DNA of 64,000 nucleotides from an uncultured Bacteroidales bacterium (lineage in GTDB: Bacteria > Bacteroidota > Bacteroidia > Bacteroidales > UBA932), in the NCBI GenBank assembly GCA_944326385.1, contig CALVDT010000039.1:17144-81143 (forward strand). The letters are read 5' to 3'. The stretch's first letter is position 1, and each line of letters opens with the position of its first letter. Below are positions 19,557 to 30,586 of this stretch, one piece after another. The position numbers and the translations under genes are program-made. The notes below the pieces were generated by a model, which did not search any database, was not told the origin of the DNA, and was given only the letters and a program-made list of their open reading frames with translations.

Positions 19557-19871
19557 ATGGAAAAGATAGTGAATGATGCGAATATCGCGGAGATACTGGC
19601 TTCCGACAAGCCTGTAATGATAGATTTCTGGGCTACATGGTGCGGACCATGCAGGGCTTTGGGTCCGGTAGTGGAGGAGATCGCCTCTGAATATGAAGGC
19701 CGAGCCGTCATCGGAAAATGCAATGTGGACGAATCCTCGGATGCCCCGATGAAATACGGGATCAGGAATATCCCGACATTGCTCTTCTTCAAGGGCGGAC
19801 AGCTTGTGGACAGGCTTGTGGGTCTGGTGCCGAAAAGCGAGATAGTCTCCAGACTGGACTCCCTTCTCTGA
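19557..19871 (+). CDS. trxA: Thioredoxin
   Basis: DFWATWCGPC active site and cis-Pro IPT. A -7 box TATATTTG lies at 19519-19526. Confidence 0.96.
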   Translation: MEKIVNDANIAEILASDKPVMIDFWATWCGPCRALGPVVEEIASEYEGRAVIGKCNVDESSDAPMKYGIRNIPTLLFFKGGQLVDRLVGLVPKSEIVSRLDSLL

Positions 19872-19904
19872 TTCCGGGATGCCGATGTCTTAAATGCTCA
19901 AGAT

Positions 19905-20552
19905 ATGAAAAAGGTTTTATTTGCTTTGGGACTTTCCCTGGCGCTCATGTTTGCCGGGGTGGCGGAATCATCCGCGCAGGTGCGTTACGGTGTAATAGGA
20001 GGAGCGACATTCTCCAAACTGAACAGGAACATCCTCAAGGGCGAGAACATGACCCAGTACCATGTGGGCGGGTCCGTCCAGGTAAAGCTGCCGCTGGGCT
20101 TCTCCATACAGCCGTCGCTGATATATAATGTGAAAGGCTCGAAATTGAGTGTGCCCGATATCCCCGATTCACCGGCTGCGGATCTTACCGTAGGATATCT
20201 TGAACTGCCGGTGTCATTCCAGTGGGGGCCGGATCTCCTGCTTTTCAGGCCTTTCCTCGATGTCACGCCATTCGTAGGCTATGGCCTGAACAACAAGGTG
20301 GCAGCAGCTGATGCGGTCACCCGGAACACATGGAAGTCGAGCGGAATCAGCCGCTGGGAATACGGTGTGGGCGTAGGTCTTGGTCTGGAGATATGGAAAT
20401 TCCAGATCATAGGCAGATACAACTGGAATCTCGGCTCACTGGCGGATTTCGGGGACAATCTTGATGACAACGGAGCCGTTTCAGCCATCAGGACTGCCTT
20501 TGAGAAAGGGAATTTCGGAGGTTTCACGCTTACGGCAGCCATCCTGTTCTGA
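19905..20552 (+). CDS. Outer-membrane beta-barrel (porin/PorT-like) protein
   Basis: Signal peptide, alternating beta strands, YLELPV motif and terminal F. Confidence 0.75.
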   Translation: MKKVLFALGLSLALMFAGVAESSAQVRYGVIGGATFSKLNRNILKGENMTQYHVGGSVQVKLPLGFSIQPSLIYNVKGSKLSVPDIPDSPAADLTVGYLELPVSFQWGPDLLLFRPFLDVTPFVGYGLNNKVAAADAVTRNTWKSSGISRWEYGVGVGLGLEIWKFQIIGRYNWNLGSLADFGDNLDDNGAVSAIRTAFEKGNFGGFTLTAAILF

Positions 20553-20563
20553 CGCTTCCGGAA

Positions 20564-21547
20564 ATGAGAATAGAGGAACTCAAGGAATTCTACGGCGAAG
20601 ACTGGAAGAAGGTCAATATCAGGATTGGCAAGGCTCTGGAAAGTGATATAGAATTGCTGAACAGCACAAACGGGATGATTCTCTCACATTCGGGGAAGCA
20701 GCTCCGTCCGCTTTTGTCGATTCTTGTCGCGAAAGCCTGTTCGGATGCACCGCTCCCCGAAGACAGCCTGAGGGTGGCAGCGGCAGCGGAATTGCTCCAC
20801 AACGCCACCCTTCTGCATGACGATGTCGCGGACGAAAGCGACTGCCGTAGGGGGGAACCGACGATCAACAGCCTGATGGGGCCGTCGGTATCGGTCCTGG
20901 TGGGGGATTACTGGCTTGTATCTGCGATGAACGAGATACAGGCTGCCGATCATTTCGGGCCGAGGCTCATTTCCATATTCTCGCGGACGCTTACCCATCT
21001 TGCCGAAGGGGAGATGCTGCAGCTCCAGAAGGCGCAGAGCGGAGATACGGATGAGAATGACTATCTCAGAATCATATACTGCAAGACCGCTTCGCTTTTC
21101 GAGGCTGCTGCCATTGCCGCTGCGATTTCTGTCAATGCTTCCGCCGAAGTGGAGGAGGCTGTACGTAAATACGCGGTTTCGCTTGGCCTTGCTTTCCAGA
21201 TAAGGGATGATATCTTCGATTATTCGGATGATCCCGAAATAGGCAAGCCGATAGGGGTGGACATTCTTGAACAGAAGATAACCATGCCGTTGCTCGGGGC
21301 TTTCATGAATGCTTCCGACACCGAAGTATCGGAAGTGAAGGTGAAGATAAACCGGATTCATGAGCATCCGGAATATTCCGGACAGATACTGGAGTTCGTC
21401 AGGGAGAAGCATGGGGTGCAATATGCTGAAAAACGCCTTGCCGGCTATGTGTCCGATGCTGTCGGCGCCTTGTCCGTACTGCCGCGTACCCAGGCGGTAA
21501 GGCATCTCGAGGAAATGGCTGATTATGTCGCCAGAAGGAACAAATGA
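20564..21547 (+). CDS. ispB: Polyprenyl (octaprenyl-type) diphosphate synthase
   Basis: GKQLRP, first aspartate-rich motif LHDDVAD...RRG, KTASLF and FQIRDDIFD. Confidence 0.88.
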   Translation: MRIEELKEFYGEDWKKVNIRIGKALESDIELLNSTNGMILSHSGKQLRPLLSILVAKACSDAPLPEDSLRVAAAAELLHNATLLHDDVADESDCRRGEPTINSLMGPSVSVLVGDYWLVSAMNEIQAADHFGPRLISIFSRTLTHLAEGEMLQLQKAQSGDTDENDYLRIIYCKTASLFEAAAIAAAISVNASAEVEEAVRKYAVSLGLAFQIRDDIFDYSDDPEIGKPIGVDILEQKITMPLLGAFMNASDTEVSEVKVKINRIHEHPEYSGQILEFVREKHGVQYAEKRLAGYVSDAVGALSVLPRTQAVRHLEEMADYVARRNK

Positions 21548-21559
21548 CAAGGTTTCCAG

Positions 21560-22612
21560 ATGAGATTTGCTGATATACCAGGTAATGAAGAACTGAAGAA
21601 GACACTGGTGTCCATGGCTGACTCCGGTCGGATTCCCCATGCTCTGATGCTCTATGAGAACGAGGGCTGCGGAGCCTTGGCCCTGGCTCTGGCCTATGTC
21701 CAGTACATAAACTGCACCGGACGGAAAGATGGGGACTCCTGCGGGGAATGCCCGTCCTGCCGGGTGATGTCAAGGCTTGTCCATCCGGATACATACTTCA
21801 TTTTCCCTGTCAATGCAAGCAGGAAGACAGATGTCAGGAAGCCTCTTTCGGAATCCTTCCTCGACATCTGGAGGGAACTGGTCCTTTCCAATCCGTATTT
21901 TATCGAGTCCGATCTCTACAATGCCCTCGGGATAGAAGGCAAGTCGGGAGTCATTGCCATAGCGGAAGCGAAATACATACTTGAAAAGCTTTCGCTTTCA
22001 CCGGTCGGGGACGGATACAAGAGCGTACTTCTGTGGCTTCCCGAAAAGATGAACCAGGAGACGGCCAACAAGCTTCTCAAGGTCGTGGAGGAGCCCCCTG
22101 ACAAGACCCAGTTCATTTTCATCACGCATAATCCTGACAGAGTGCTGCAGACTGTGTTTTCACGCTGCCAGAACTACCGGGTCATGCCTCTGACGAAGGA
22201 GGAGCGCGCCAAGACCGCTTCGGTGTCTCCTGAAGAGAGGGAGGAGTATGCGGAATTCATGGCAGTATTCCGTAAACTGATGGAGGGTGTCATGGCCCGT
22301 GACCTTCAGACGGTGCTCGACTCTGCGGACATGATGTCTGCCCTGGATTCCAAAGAAAAACAGAAAGGTTTTTGTATCTTTGCCGCAGAGGCCGTCAGGA
22401 AGATATTCCTGTGCCGGCACGGCTTGTCGGAGACGGCCGATATCCCGGATAGCGAAAAGCCTTTCTACGATGAAGTTTCGAAGAAAGCGGGAAAGGCCTT
22501 CTGTGCCAGGATAATTCCTGTCATAGACAGGTCGGCGATGCTGCTGGACCGCAATGTGAACCAGAAGATGGTGTTCTGTGATCTGGCAGGGCAGATGTTC
22601 TTAAATTTTTGA
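21560..22612 (+). CDS. holB: DNA polymerase III subunit delta'
   Basis: RIPHALML, zinc motif DSCGECPSC, HPD, ANKLLKVVEEPP and SRCQ. Confidence 0.9.
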   Translation: MRFADIPGNEELKKTLVSMADSGRIPHALMLYENEGCGALALALAYVQYINCTGRKDGDSCGECPSCRVMSRLVHPDTYFIFPVNASRKTDVRKPLSESFLDIWRELVLSNPYFIESDLYNALGIEGKSGVIAIAEAKYILEKLSLSPVGDGYKSVLLWLPEKMNQETANKLLKVVEEPPDKTQFIFITHNPDRVLQTVFSRCQNYRVMPLTKEERAKTASVSPEEREEYAEFMAVFRKLMEGVMARDLQTVLDSADMMSALDSKEKQKGFCIFAAEAVRKIFLCRHGLSETADIPDSEKPFYDEVSKKAGKAFCARIIPVIDRSAMLLDRNVNQKMVFCDLAGQMFLNF

Positions 22613-22616
22613 AATT

Positions 22617-23801
22617 ATGGAAGGTTTTGACAGCAACGAAATAAAACAGTACGACTGTTCCCGCGGATGTATCGTCGAACGGACGGATGAAGGGGAGCTG
22701 AAGTGCTCCTACAGGCCGGGCTGCTGCAAACTGGAAGTCTACGACTGGCTTCCGGGAGTCTTACAGGAGAAATACCGGAACTACTACGAAGTCCGTTTCA
22801 AGAATACCAGGAAAGGAATCTATGTCAACGCTTCCGGCCAGACCGTGAAGATGGGGGATCTGGTGATAGTGGAGGCGATGAACGGGCATGACCTGGGCAT
22901 TGTCACTCTGGAAGGTCCGGTGGTGGCGAGGCAGATGCTGTGCAAGCATATTGATCCCGAGACGGCTGTGTTCAAGCGTATCTATCGCAAGGCAAAGCTT
23001 TTCGACATAGAGAAGTGGCAGGAAGCCATAGCCAGGGAGCATGAGACTATGATAAGGGCAAGGCAGATAGCTGCGGAGCTCGGTCTGGAAATGAAGATCG
23101 GCGATGTGGAGTTCCAGGGCGACGGTACAAAGGCGATATTCTATTATATTGCTGACGGCAGGGTGGATTTCCGGCAGCTGATCAAGGTCTTTGCCGAAGA
23201 ATTCCGGATAAGGATAGAAATGAAGCAGATCGGTGCGAGACAGGAGGCCGGCCTGATAGGCGGACTCGGAGTCTGCGGCCGCGAACTGTGCTGCTCCAAT
23301 TATATTTCCTCCTTCCAGTCCATTACGACGTCGGCTGCAAAATGCCAGGATCTGTCCCTGAATCCGCAGAAACTCGCCGGACAGTGCGGAAAACTGAAAT
23401 GCTGTCTCAACTATGAGACTGCGGCATACATCGATGCTCAGTCCCGTATCCCGAAAGTGCTGAACCCTCTGGAATTCCAGGACGGGCTCGCGTATCTCAT
23501 GAAGACCGACATTCTCCGGGAGATTATGTATTTCTCGTATGACCAGAACAGTTTCGCGAACCTTTACCCGCTTGCTGCATCAGAGGTCATTGAGGTCATC
23601 CGCATGAACAGGCGCGGCGAAAAACCGGAATCCCTGAAGACGGAACCGGAGCCGGATAATCTCGAATTCGTCACGGCAGTCGGTGATGACAGTATCACAA
23701 GGTTTGACGAGACCCGGAAGCGGAAACGCAGGAACGGACGCAACCGCCAGAATGGCAGGCAGAACCGCTCTCCGAAATCCGGGAACGGCAACAAACAGTG
23801 A
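22617..23801 (+). CDS. ricT: PSP1-domain Fe-S protein RicT/YaaT
   Basis: EVRFKNTRK, RVDFRQLIK, GVCGRELCC and LAGQCGKLKCCLNYE; conserved position after holB. Confidence 0.88.
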   Translation: MEGFDSNEIKQYDCSRGCIVERTDEGELKCSYRPGCCKLEVYDWLPGVLQEKYRNYYEVRFKNTRKGIYVNASGQTVKMGDLVIVEAMNGHDLGIVTLEGPVVARQMLCKHIDPETAVFKRIYRKAKLFDIEKWQEAIAREHETMIRARQIAAELGLEMKIGDVEFQGDGTKAIFYYIADGRVDFRQLIKVFAEEFRIRIEMKQIGARQEAGLIGGLGVCGRELCCSNYISSFQSITTSAAKCQDLSLNPQKLAGQCGKLKCCLNYETAAYIDAQSRIPKVLNPLEFQDGLAYLMKTDILREIMYFSYDQNSFANLYPLAASEVIEVIRMNRRGEKPESLKTEPEPDNLEFVTAVGDDSITRFDETRKRKRRNGRNRQNGRQNRSPKSGNGNKQ

Positions 23802-23812
23802 CGACGGGCCTT

Positions 23813-24574
23813 ATGGGAAAGGACAAACTGCGCAAATTCAAGGAAAACGAGACATTCACCTGTCTCGTCCAGCCGGCCACTTCCGAAGTGCTCGGCTGCG
23901 ATCATCCGCTGAAAGGCCGCTGGAACCGTGATTTCTTCAGGAATGACCATCCGCTCATAGTCGAGCTCGGCTGCGGCAAGGGAGAATACACGGTGGATCT
24001 TGCACTCCGGAATCCTGCTTTCAACTATATCGGTGTGGATATCAAAGGTGCCAGACTCTGGAAAGGCGCAAAGTTCGCCGAGGAGAACAGGGTCTCGAAT
24101 GCCGGTTTCCTCAGGACCAGGATAGAATTCATAGAATCCATGTTCGCCCCTGGCGAGGTGTCTGAAATCTGGATAACTTTCGCAGACCCGCAGATCGGAA
24201 GGGAGAAGAAGCGGCTTACATCCCCGCTTTTCCTGTCCCGCTACAGGAATTTCCTGAAGAAAGGAGGCATCATACACCTCAAGACGGACAGCCGGTATCT
24301 CCACGAGTATTCCAAGGCCATTGCCTTGCAGAACGGGCTTGACATACTGGCTGCGGCCACGGATATATACGGAAAAGACAGGGACAGCCTTTACGGCAGC
24401 GGAATCATGTCGGTCTGCGGCAAGGATGCCGTGGATGCCCTTTTCCAGGTCCAGACTTTCTATGAAAGGCAGTATCTGGCCCAGGGGCTTCCTATCACAT
24501 ATCTTGCCTTCACCATAGACCATGAAGGTCCGTACATCAGCCCTGAATGGGATCCTGACATGTGGGAGCGTTAG
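23813..24574 (+). CDS. trmB: tRNA (guanine-N7)-methyltransferase
   Basis: ELGCGKGEY, GVDIKGAR, ITFADPQ, KKRLT, HLKTD and TFYE. Confidence 0.93.
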   Translation: MGKDKLRKFKENETFTCLVQPATSEVLGCDHPLKGRWNRDFFRNDHPLIVELGCGKGEYTVDLALRNPAFNYIGVDIKGARLWKGAKFAEENRVSNAGFLRTRIEFIESMFAPGEVSEIWITFADPQIGREKKRLTSPLFLSRYRNFLKKGGIIHLKTDSRYLHEYSKAIALQNGLDILAAATDIYGKDRDSLYGSGIMSVCGKDAVDALFQVQTFYERQYLAQGLPITYLAFTIDHEGPYISPEWDPDMWER

Positions 24575-24580
24575 TCCGGT

Positions 24581-25573
24581 TCAGACTTCCACCCAGTGTA
24601 TCCTCACTCCTTTCCTTTCCATGCCGCGGAACCATGTCATCTGGCGTTTGGCGAACTGGTGTATGGCTATGGCGAGAAGCTGCCTCATTTCATCGTATCC
24701 AAGTACGCCTGTGACATACAGCGTGACGAATTTGTATTCCAGTCCGTAATATATGAGGTCCTCGGCCTTGAGCCCGCCGGCGAGCAGACGGCGCACCTCG
24801 TCCACGAGGCCTTCCCTGAGCCGTGCATCCAGTCTTCTGTCTATGCGTCTGTTCCTCTCTTCCCGGCTTACAAGGGTGCCGATGAAAAATGTGTTCTTGG
24901 GGAGGCTTTCAGTATGCCTGACCGGATGCAAGGTCTCGTATCCGGCGATTTCTATCGCTCTGATAAGCCGCTTGCGTGAATCGCAGTCCGTGGTGTTGTG
25001 CAGCGGTTTCATGGACTCCAGCATTCTTATGAGTGTCTCCGTGTCCTTCTTTTCCAGTTCCGCCCTCAGTCCGGGATCAGGCGGTACATCGGGAAGCGAA
25101 TATCCCATGGTAGCCGCCTCGATATACAGTCCCGAGCCACCGCAGAGCAAAGGTATGTTCCCCCTCTGCCTTATCCCGTTCCACGCCTTCTCGAAATCGC
25201 GCTGATATTCATAGATGTTGTACCTGCTTCCGGCGTCAGCTATGTCTGTCAGATGCAAAGGAATGTCCCCATACTCGTCCAGATCCTTCCCTGTCCCTAT
25301 ATCCATGCCTCTGTACACCTGTCTGGAGTCGCCCGAGATAATCTCTGCCCTTATGTTCCTGCCAATGGCGCCGTCTTCTGCCATCCTGTCTATCCGCTCT
25401 GCCAGTTTCACTGCATACCTTGTCTTTCCGGAAGCAGTCGGCCCCAGAACGCATATCAGATCATATTTCCCGTCAATATATTGACGGACAATTTCTTCGA
25501 TATTGATATCCTCGGCTTCGGGCAATTCCGCCATCGGCGGGACGCCTTTGCCCGGTATGACTTTTGTTTTCAT
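24581..25573 (-). CDS. miaA: tRNA dimethylallyltransferase
   Basis: GPTASGKT, DSRQVYRGMDIGTGK, GGSGLY and FAKRQMTWF. Confidence 0.95.
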   Translation of the reverse strand: MKTKVIPGKGVPPMAELPEAEDINIEEIVRQYIDGKYDLICVLGPTASGKTRYAVKLAERIDRMAEDGAIGRNIRAEIISGDSRQVYRGMDIGTGKDLDEYGDIPLHLTDIADAGSRYNIYEYQRDFEKAWNGIRQRGNIPLLCGGSGLYIEAATMGYSLPDVPPDPGLRAELEKKDTETLIRMLESMKPLHNTTDCDSRKRLIRAIEIAGYETLHPVRHTESLPKNTFFIGTLVSREERNRRIDRRLDARLREGLVDEVRRLLAGGLKAEDLIYYGLEYKFVTLYVTGVLGYDEMRQLLAIAIHQFAKRQMTWFRGMERKGVRIHWVEV

Positions 25574-25596
25574 CGGCTCCGCAATAAATTTCTGCA

Positions 25597-25613
25597 CAAA
25601 ATTACTAAATTTG
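25597..25613. promoter_or_regulatory. Back-to-back divergent -7 boxes for miaA (minus) and smpB-pfkA (plus)
   Basis: CAAAATTA at 25597-25604 (TAATTTTG on minus) and TAAATTTG at 25606-25613. Confidence 0.6.
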
Positions 25614-25640
25614 CGCGAACGATAGAGACAGGAAACGGAT

Positions 25641-26090
25641 ATGCCGAAAGCAAAGAGCAATGTGGAGATAAAGAACAGAAGGGCCTCATTCGACTATGAG
25701 TTCCTGGACAGCTATGTCGCCGGGATTGTCCTGACCGGGACCGAGATCAAGTCCATACGGGCGGGGAAGGCATCACTTGTGGACGCTTTCTGTTATTTCA
25801 ACAATGGCGAACTCTATGTCAAGAACATGCATGTGGCTGATTACCACTGGGGAAGCTGGGGCAAGCATGATCCTCGCAGGGACAGGAAGCTTCTGCTGAA
25901 GAAGAAGGAACTTGCCAAGCTCCGGCGCGCTGTCAAGGAAAAAGGGCTGACTGTCGTTGCGGTCAAACTGTTCATCGCGGATAACGGCTATGCAAAACTC
26001 CTGATCGCCCTCGCCAGAGGAAAGAAGGAGTATGACAAGAGACAGTCCATAAAGGAAAAGGACTTGAGACGGGAAATGGAAAGATTTTAA
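25641..26090 (+). CDS. smpB: SsrA-binding protein
   Basis: [26 protein letters not shown] and [10 protein letters not shown]. Confidence 0.97.
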   Translation: MPKAKSNVEIKNRRASFDYEFLDSYVAGIVLTGTEIKSIRAGKASLVDAFCYFNNGELYVKNMHVADYHWGSWGKHDPRRDRKLLLKKKELAKLRRAVKEKGLTVVAVKLFIADNGYAKLLIALARGKKEYDKRQSIKEKDLRREMERF

Positions 26091-26101
26091 TATAAGGAAA
26101 T

Positions 26102-27091
26102 ATGGCAAGGAAAATTTCAACAATCGGAATTCTTACTTCAGGCGGTGATGCCCCCGGCATGAATGCGGCTATCAGGGCAGTGACACGCGCTGCGATATAC
26201 AACGGATGGAAGGTGATGGGCATCTACAGAGGTTATGAGGGCCTGATTAACAATGAGATCAAGGAACTTACCACCGAAAGCGTAAGCAGCACGGTGCAGA
26301 GGGGTGGCACTATTCTGAAGACGGCTCGTTCTGCCGAGTTCATGACGGAGGCAGGCAGGGAGAAGGCATACGCCAATCTTGTGGCGAACGGGATAGATGC
26401 CCTTGTGGTCATCGGCGGCAACGGTTCTCTTGCAGGGGCGCTGGCTTTGGCTCAGGAGCATGACATAGCCTGTGTGGGGCTGCCTGGAACCATCGACAAC
26501 GATCTTTACGGTACTGATTCCACCATAGGCTACGATACCGCCCTCAATACGATAGTGGAGTGCGTGGACAAGATCAGGGACACCGCTACCTCGCATGACC
26601 GCATATTCTTTATAGAAGTGATGGGACGGGATGCCGGCTTCCTGGCGCAGAACAGTGCTATTGCAGCAGGGGCGGAAGCTGCCATCATTCCCGAGGACCA
26701 GACAGATATCGACCAGCTCGAGCAGTTTATAAGCAGGGGAGTGCGCAAAAGCAAGAACAGCAGTATAGTCATCGTCTCCGAAGCTTCAAAGGACGGAGTC
26801 GGCGGAGCCATGCATTATGCCCAGAGGGTAAGGAACGAGTATCCGCAATATGACGTGCGTGTGACTATCCTCGGTCATCTGCAGCGCGGAGGCAAACCGA
26901 GTGCGTTCGACAGGATATTGGCCAGCCGTCTTGGTGCGGCAAGCATAGAAGCCCTGCTCGAAGGTCAGCGGAATGTGATGATAGGCATATCCGATGATCA
27001 GATAGTATATGTCCCTTTCACGAAGGCGATAAAGAAGAACAAGCCTATCGACAAGGAACTTATCAATGTGCTTAACGTGCTCTCGATCTAA
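26102..27091 (+). CDS. pfkA: ATP-dependent 6-phosphofructokinase
   Basis: [25 protein letters not shown] and LGHLQRGG. Confidence 0.97.
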   Translation: MARKISTIGILTSGGDAPGMNAAIRAVTRAAIYNGWKVMGIYRGYEGLINNEIKELTTESVSSTVQRGGTILKTARSAEFMTEAGREKAYANLVANGIDALVVIGGNGSLAGALALAQEHDIACVGLPGTIDNDLYGTDSTIGYDTALNTIVECVDKIRDTATSHDRIFFIEVMGRDAGFLAQNSAIAAGAEAAIIPEDQTDIDQLEQFISRGVRKSKNSSIVIVSEASKDGVGGAMHYAQRVRNEYPQYDVRVTILGHLQRGGKPSAFDRILASRLGAASIEALLEGQRNVMIGISDDQIVYVPFTKAIKKNKPIDKELINVLNVLSI

Positions 27092-28452
27092 TTCTTGAAA
27101 CTGTGGATAGGTGCCGGGATGCGTCCTTCCCTGCTGATGAAGTCCGAACAGCCGAACCTGTTCACCGGCATCACCGGAGCGTGTCCCAGCAGCCCTCCGA
27201 ACTCCACATTGTCACCGACGGTCTTTCCCGATACCGGGATGATGCGTACAGCCGTGGTCTTCTGGTTCACCATTCCGATCGCGGCTTCATCTGCTATTAT
27301 GCCGGATATGGTACTTGCCGGAGTGTCTCCCGGAATGGCAATCATGTCCAGTCCTACCGAGCATACGCAGGTCATGGCTTCGAGTTTCTCGATGGTCAGG
27401 GCCCCGCATTCTGCGGCTTCTATCATCCCCTGGTCTTCGCTGACAGGGATGAAGGCCCCGCTGAGCCCGCCGACGTATGATGAGGCCATTACTCCGCCTT
27501 TCTTCACCTGGTCGTTCAGCATCGCCAGGGCGGCAGTCGTTCCCGGTGCTCCCGCCTTTTCTACACCGATCTCCTGAAGGATGTCTGCCACGCTGTCTCC
27601 GATGGCCGGCGTGGGTGCCAGCGACAGGTCTATGATCCCGAACGGGATGCCGAGTCTGCGGGATGCTTCCTGCGCGACAAGCTGGCCCACTCTCGTGATT
27701 TTGAAGGCAGTCTTCTTTATGGTCTCGCACAGGACTTCAAAAGAAGCCCCGCGTACGCTTTCCAGTGCATATTTCACTACCCCGGGGCCGCTGACACCTA
27801 CATTTATTATGGCATCGGTTTCGGTCACTCCATGAAAGGCTCCGGCCATGAACGGATTGTCGTCGGGGGCATTGCACAGGACCACAAGTTTGGCGCAGCC
27901 TAAGGAATCGTGTTCCTTTGTCGCTTCTGCCGTCTTTTTCACAATCTCCCCCATAAGCCGTACTGCATCCATGTTTATTCCTGTCTTCGTGCTTCCGACA
28001 TTGACGGAACTGCAGATCCTTCCGGTTCTGGCCAAGGCTTCAGGTATGGATTCTATGAGCAGCCTGTCGCTTTCCGTCATGCCCTTGGATACGATGGCGG
28101 AATAGCCTCCGAGGAAGTTCACTCCGACTTTCTCCGCGGCTTCGTCAAGCGCCAGGGCTATTTTCACATAATCCTGCGGAGTCCTGCATGATGAAGCCCC
28201 GACTATGGAGATCGGGGTTATGGAGATCCTCTTGTTGACGATAGGGATCCCGAACTCCATGGATATGTTTTCCGCTGTCTCGGCAAGATTACCGGCGACA
28301 CGGATGATCTTCTCCTTTATTTTCCTGCAGACTTCATCCACTGTATCGGCTGCGCAGTCCAGGAGGCTGATTCCTACAGTGATGGTCCTGACATCGAGAT
28401 TCTCCTTCTCGATCATCAGGTTTGTCTCGATTACTTCATTGATGTTTATCAT
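27088..28452 (-). CDS. UPF0210/DUF711 PFL-like protein
   Basis: [45 protein letters not shown] and C-terminal PIHSFKN. Confidence 0.9.
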   Translation of the reverse strand: MININEVIETNLMIEKENLDVRTITVGISLLDCAADTVDEVCRKIKEKIIRVAGNLAETAENISMEFGIPIVNKRISITPISIVGASSCRTPQDYVKIALALDEAAEKVGVNFLGGYSAIVSKGMTESDRLLIESIPEALARTGRICSSVNVGSTKTGINMDAVRLMGEIVKKTAEATKEHDSLGCAKLVVLCNAPDDNPFMAGAFHGVTETDAIINVGVSGPGVVKYALESVRGASFEVLCETIKKTAFKITRVGQLVAQEASRRLGIPFGIIDLSLAPTPAIGDSVADILQEIGVEKAGAPGTTAALAMLNDQVKKGGVMASSYVGGLSGAFIPVSEDQGMIEAAECGALTIEKLEAMTCVCSVGLDMIAIPGDTPASTISGIIADEAAIGMVNQKTTAVRIIPVSGKTVGDNVEFGGLLGHAPVMPVNRFGCSDFISREGRIPAPIHSFKN

Positions 28453-28454
28453 GG

Positions 28455-28727
28455 TCAGATACGGTGCATTTTTTCAAAGATTTCCTCTCTCTGGCATTTG
28501 ATCTGGACACCGATCGACTGCCCGAGCTTTTCCAGATCGGCCGTGAACTCGTGGAAATCGTCGGCGATGTTCCCCGTGTCCACTATCATCATCATGTTGA
28601 AATATCCCTGGACGATAGTCTGGGTGATGTCCAGGATGTTGATGTCCTTCCCGGCCAGATAGGTGCAGACCCTGGCTATGATTCCTACCGTATCCTTGCC
28701 GACAACGGTGATTATGCTCCTGTTCAT
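28455..28727 (-). CDS. ACT-domain protein (UPF0237)
   Basis: [14 protein letters not shown]...NILDITQTI...IFEKMHRI; canonical partner upstream of UPF0210. Confidence 0.9.
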   Translation of the reverse strand: MNRSIITVVGKDTVGIIARVCTYLAGKDINILDITQTIVQGYFNMMMIVDTGNIADDFHEFTADLEKLGQSIGVQIKCQREEIFEKMHRI

Positions 28728-28754
28728 GATTGGTCTATAATCTTGTTCAGTGGC

Positions 28755-28782
28755 CAAATATACGATTAAAATATTATATTTG
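28755..28782. promoter_or_regulatory. Divergent -7 boxes for ACT/UPF0210 (minus) and tatAC (plus)
   Basis: CAAATATA at 28755-28762 (TATATTTG on minus) and TATATTTG at 28775-28782. Confidence 0.6.
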
Positions 28783-28797
28783 CATACTGATAACATT

Positions 28798-29037
28798 ATG
28801 GATATGGAAAGATTGCTTTTTTTGGGAGGTCTTCAGATAGGCGAGATTGTCATCATCGCCCTTGTCATTCTGCTGCTTTTCGGAGGCCGGAAGATTCCGG
28901 AGCTGATGAAGGGACTCGGAAAGGGAGTGAAGAGTTTCAAGGAAGGGATGACAGAGGTGGAGAAGGACCTCGATTCCGCAGGACAGCCCGATTCCACAGG
29001 GAAGTCCGGCAATACCGGCGCGGATTCCTCGAAATAA
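28798..29037 (+). CDS. tatA: Twin-arginine translocase TatA/E
   Basis: [35 protein letters not shown]. The start could alternatively be 28804. Confidence 0.93.
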   Translation: MDMERLLFLGGLQIGEIVIIALVILLLFGGRKIPELMKGLGKGVKSFKEGMTEVEKDLDSAGQPDSTGKSGNTGADSSK

Positions 29038-29049
29038 CAATATTCCGGA

Positions 29050-29883
29050 ATGTCCGAGACCGATGTCAGCGTGACAGGGAATCCAGAGGAAGAAGGGATT
29101 CCTATGACATTCTGGGATCATCTGGAGGTTTTCAGATGGGTCTTGATCAGGATAGCGGCCGCCCTGGTCATTCTTGTCGTAGCCTGCTTCCTGGCCATGC
29201 CGCATATTTTCGACACGGTGATTCTCGGGCCGGCATCCTCCGGATTCTTTGTCTACAGATGGTTCGCTGCCGCAGGCAAGGCTCTGCCGTTCTTTCCGGA
29301 TTTCTCCGACAGCAGTTTCCATGCGGACATCATAAACATAAATGTGGCGTCCCAGTTCATGACGCATATCTCCACATCGTTCTGGATGTCTCTGGTGCTG
29401 TTGTTCCCGTATATCATCTGCGAACTGTGGCGTTTTGTCAGGCCGGCCCTGTATCCGGCAGAGAAAAAGGCCGTCGGATTTGCCTTCGTCTCGGGGACGT
29501 TCATGTTCTTTCTCGGATGTGCGGTGGGATATTGTCTCATTTTCCCGTTCACTTTCCGTTTCCTGGCTGAATATCAGGTAAGCCAGGCCATTGCCAATCA
29601 GATTTCCCTCAATTCTTATATGAACAATTTCCTGGGCATGATCTTCATCATGGGCCTCGTGTTCGAACTTCCGCTGCTGGCCTGGCTTCTGTCCAGTCTC
29701 GGCATCCTGCACAGGGAATTCCTTCAGAGGTACCGCCGGCATGCAGTGGTCGTGCTGCTTGTCCTTTCCGCCATAATCACACCTACGGGTGACCCGTTCT
29801 CCCTCATGCTGGTATTCATGCCTCTGTATCTGCTGTATGAACTGTCTGTCAGGATAGTCAAGCCTGCACCTGAGGAATCCTGA
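29050..29883 (+). CDS. tatC: Twin-arginine translocase TatC
   Basis: MTFWDHLE, WRFVRPALYPAE, FELP and AIITPTGDP. Confidence 0.95.
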   Translation: MSETDVSVTGNPEEEGIPMTFWDHLEVFRWVLIRIAAALVILVVACFLAMPHIFDTVILGPASSGFFVYRWFAAAGKALPFFPDFSDSSFHADIININVASQFMTHISTSFWMSLVLLFPYIICELWRFVRPALYPAEKKAVGFAFVSGTFMFFLGCAVGYCLIFPFTFRFLAEYQVSQAIANQISLNSYMNNFLGMIFIMGLVFELPLLAWLLSSLGILHREFLQRYRRHAVVVLLVLSAIITPTGDPFSLMLVFMPLYLLYELSVRIVKPAPEES

Positions 29884-30583
29884 AGATGCGGCTGACGACA
29901 GCCGCCGCCTCCGGATCCGATGTCTTCAGGTCCAGCATCCGCGGAGGATCCACAATCCATAGCCTGTCCGCTTTTTTCATGGCAATCTCCAGATCATGCG
30001 TGGAGAATATCACTGTCTTGCCCTCCGCTTCAGCGGCTTTTTTCAGGATGCTGATGATCTGGAATCTGCCGGGAATGTCGAGAAACGCGGTAGGCTCATC
30101 GAGAAGCATCACAGGGGTCTCCTGTGCCAGGGCTCTGGCTATCATTATCTTCTGGCACTCGCCGTCTGACATCCGGTCCATGGTCTTTTCAGAGTAAGAA
30201 GACATTCCGGTCCATTCCATGGCTTTCTGCACGGCTTCCTCGTCTTTTGCTGTCAGCCGTCCTGTCCAGCCGGTCCAGGGGGCTCTTCCCATGGCGACGA
30301 CGTCGCGGCATTTCAGCCCGGGTATCCGCACTTTGTCGGTTCCCACGAAGGATATCCTTTTCGCTGTCTCTTCTCCCGGAAGTCCGGAAATGTCCCTTCC
30401 TCCGACAGCGATATTGCCGAACAATGGTTTCGCCAGTCCGCACATTGTCCTTATCAGGGTGCTTTTCCCGCTTCCGTTCCTGCCGAGCAATGCGGTCAGA
30501 GTGTGGCTTCCGGCAGTGATGGAGATATTCTCCATCAGGATTCTCCTGCCGTAGCCGATGGTGACATCATCTATGGTTATCAT
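29858..30583 (-). CDS. btuD: Cobalamin/iron-chelate ABC transporter ATPase
   Basis: GRNGSGKST, MSDGECQK, LLDEPT and STHD; last gene of the B12-riboswitch operon. Confidence 0.85.
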   Translation of the reverse strand: MITIDDVTIGYGRRILMENISITAGSHTLTALLGRNGSGKSTLIRTMCGLAKPLFGNIAVGGRDISGLPGEETAKRISFVGTDKVRIPGLKCRDVVAMGRAPWTGWTGRLTAKDEEAVQKAMEWTGMSSYSEKTMDRMSDGECQKIMIARALAQETPVMLLDEPTAFLDIPGRFQIISILKKAAEAEGKTVIFSTHDLEIAMKKADRLWIVDPPRMLDLKTSDPEAAAVVSRIFRIPQVQA

Positions 30584-30586
30584 GGT

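Noticed and set aside
25641-26101. tmRNA gene or island integration site next to smpB
   Set aside because: smpB is followed after 11 nt by pfkA; no ssrA-like or tRNA-like sequence was seen.
27088-29883. Convergent overlaps pfkA/UPF0210 (4 nt) and tatC/btuD (26 nt)
   Set aside because: Short 3' overlaps are common in compact bacterial genomes, and nothing else suggests antisense regulation.
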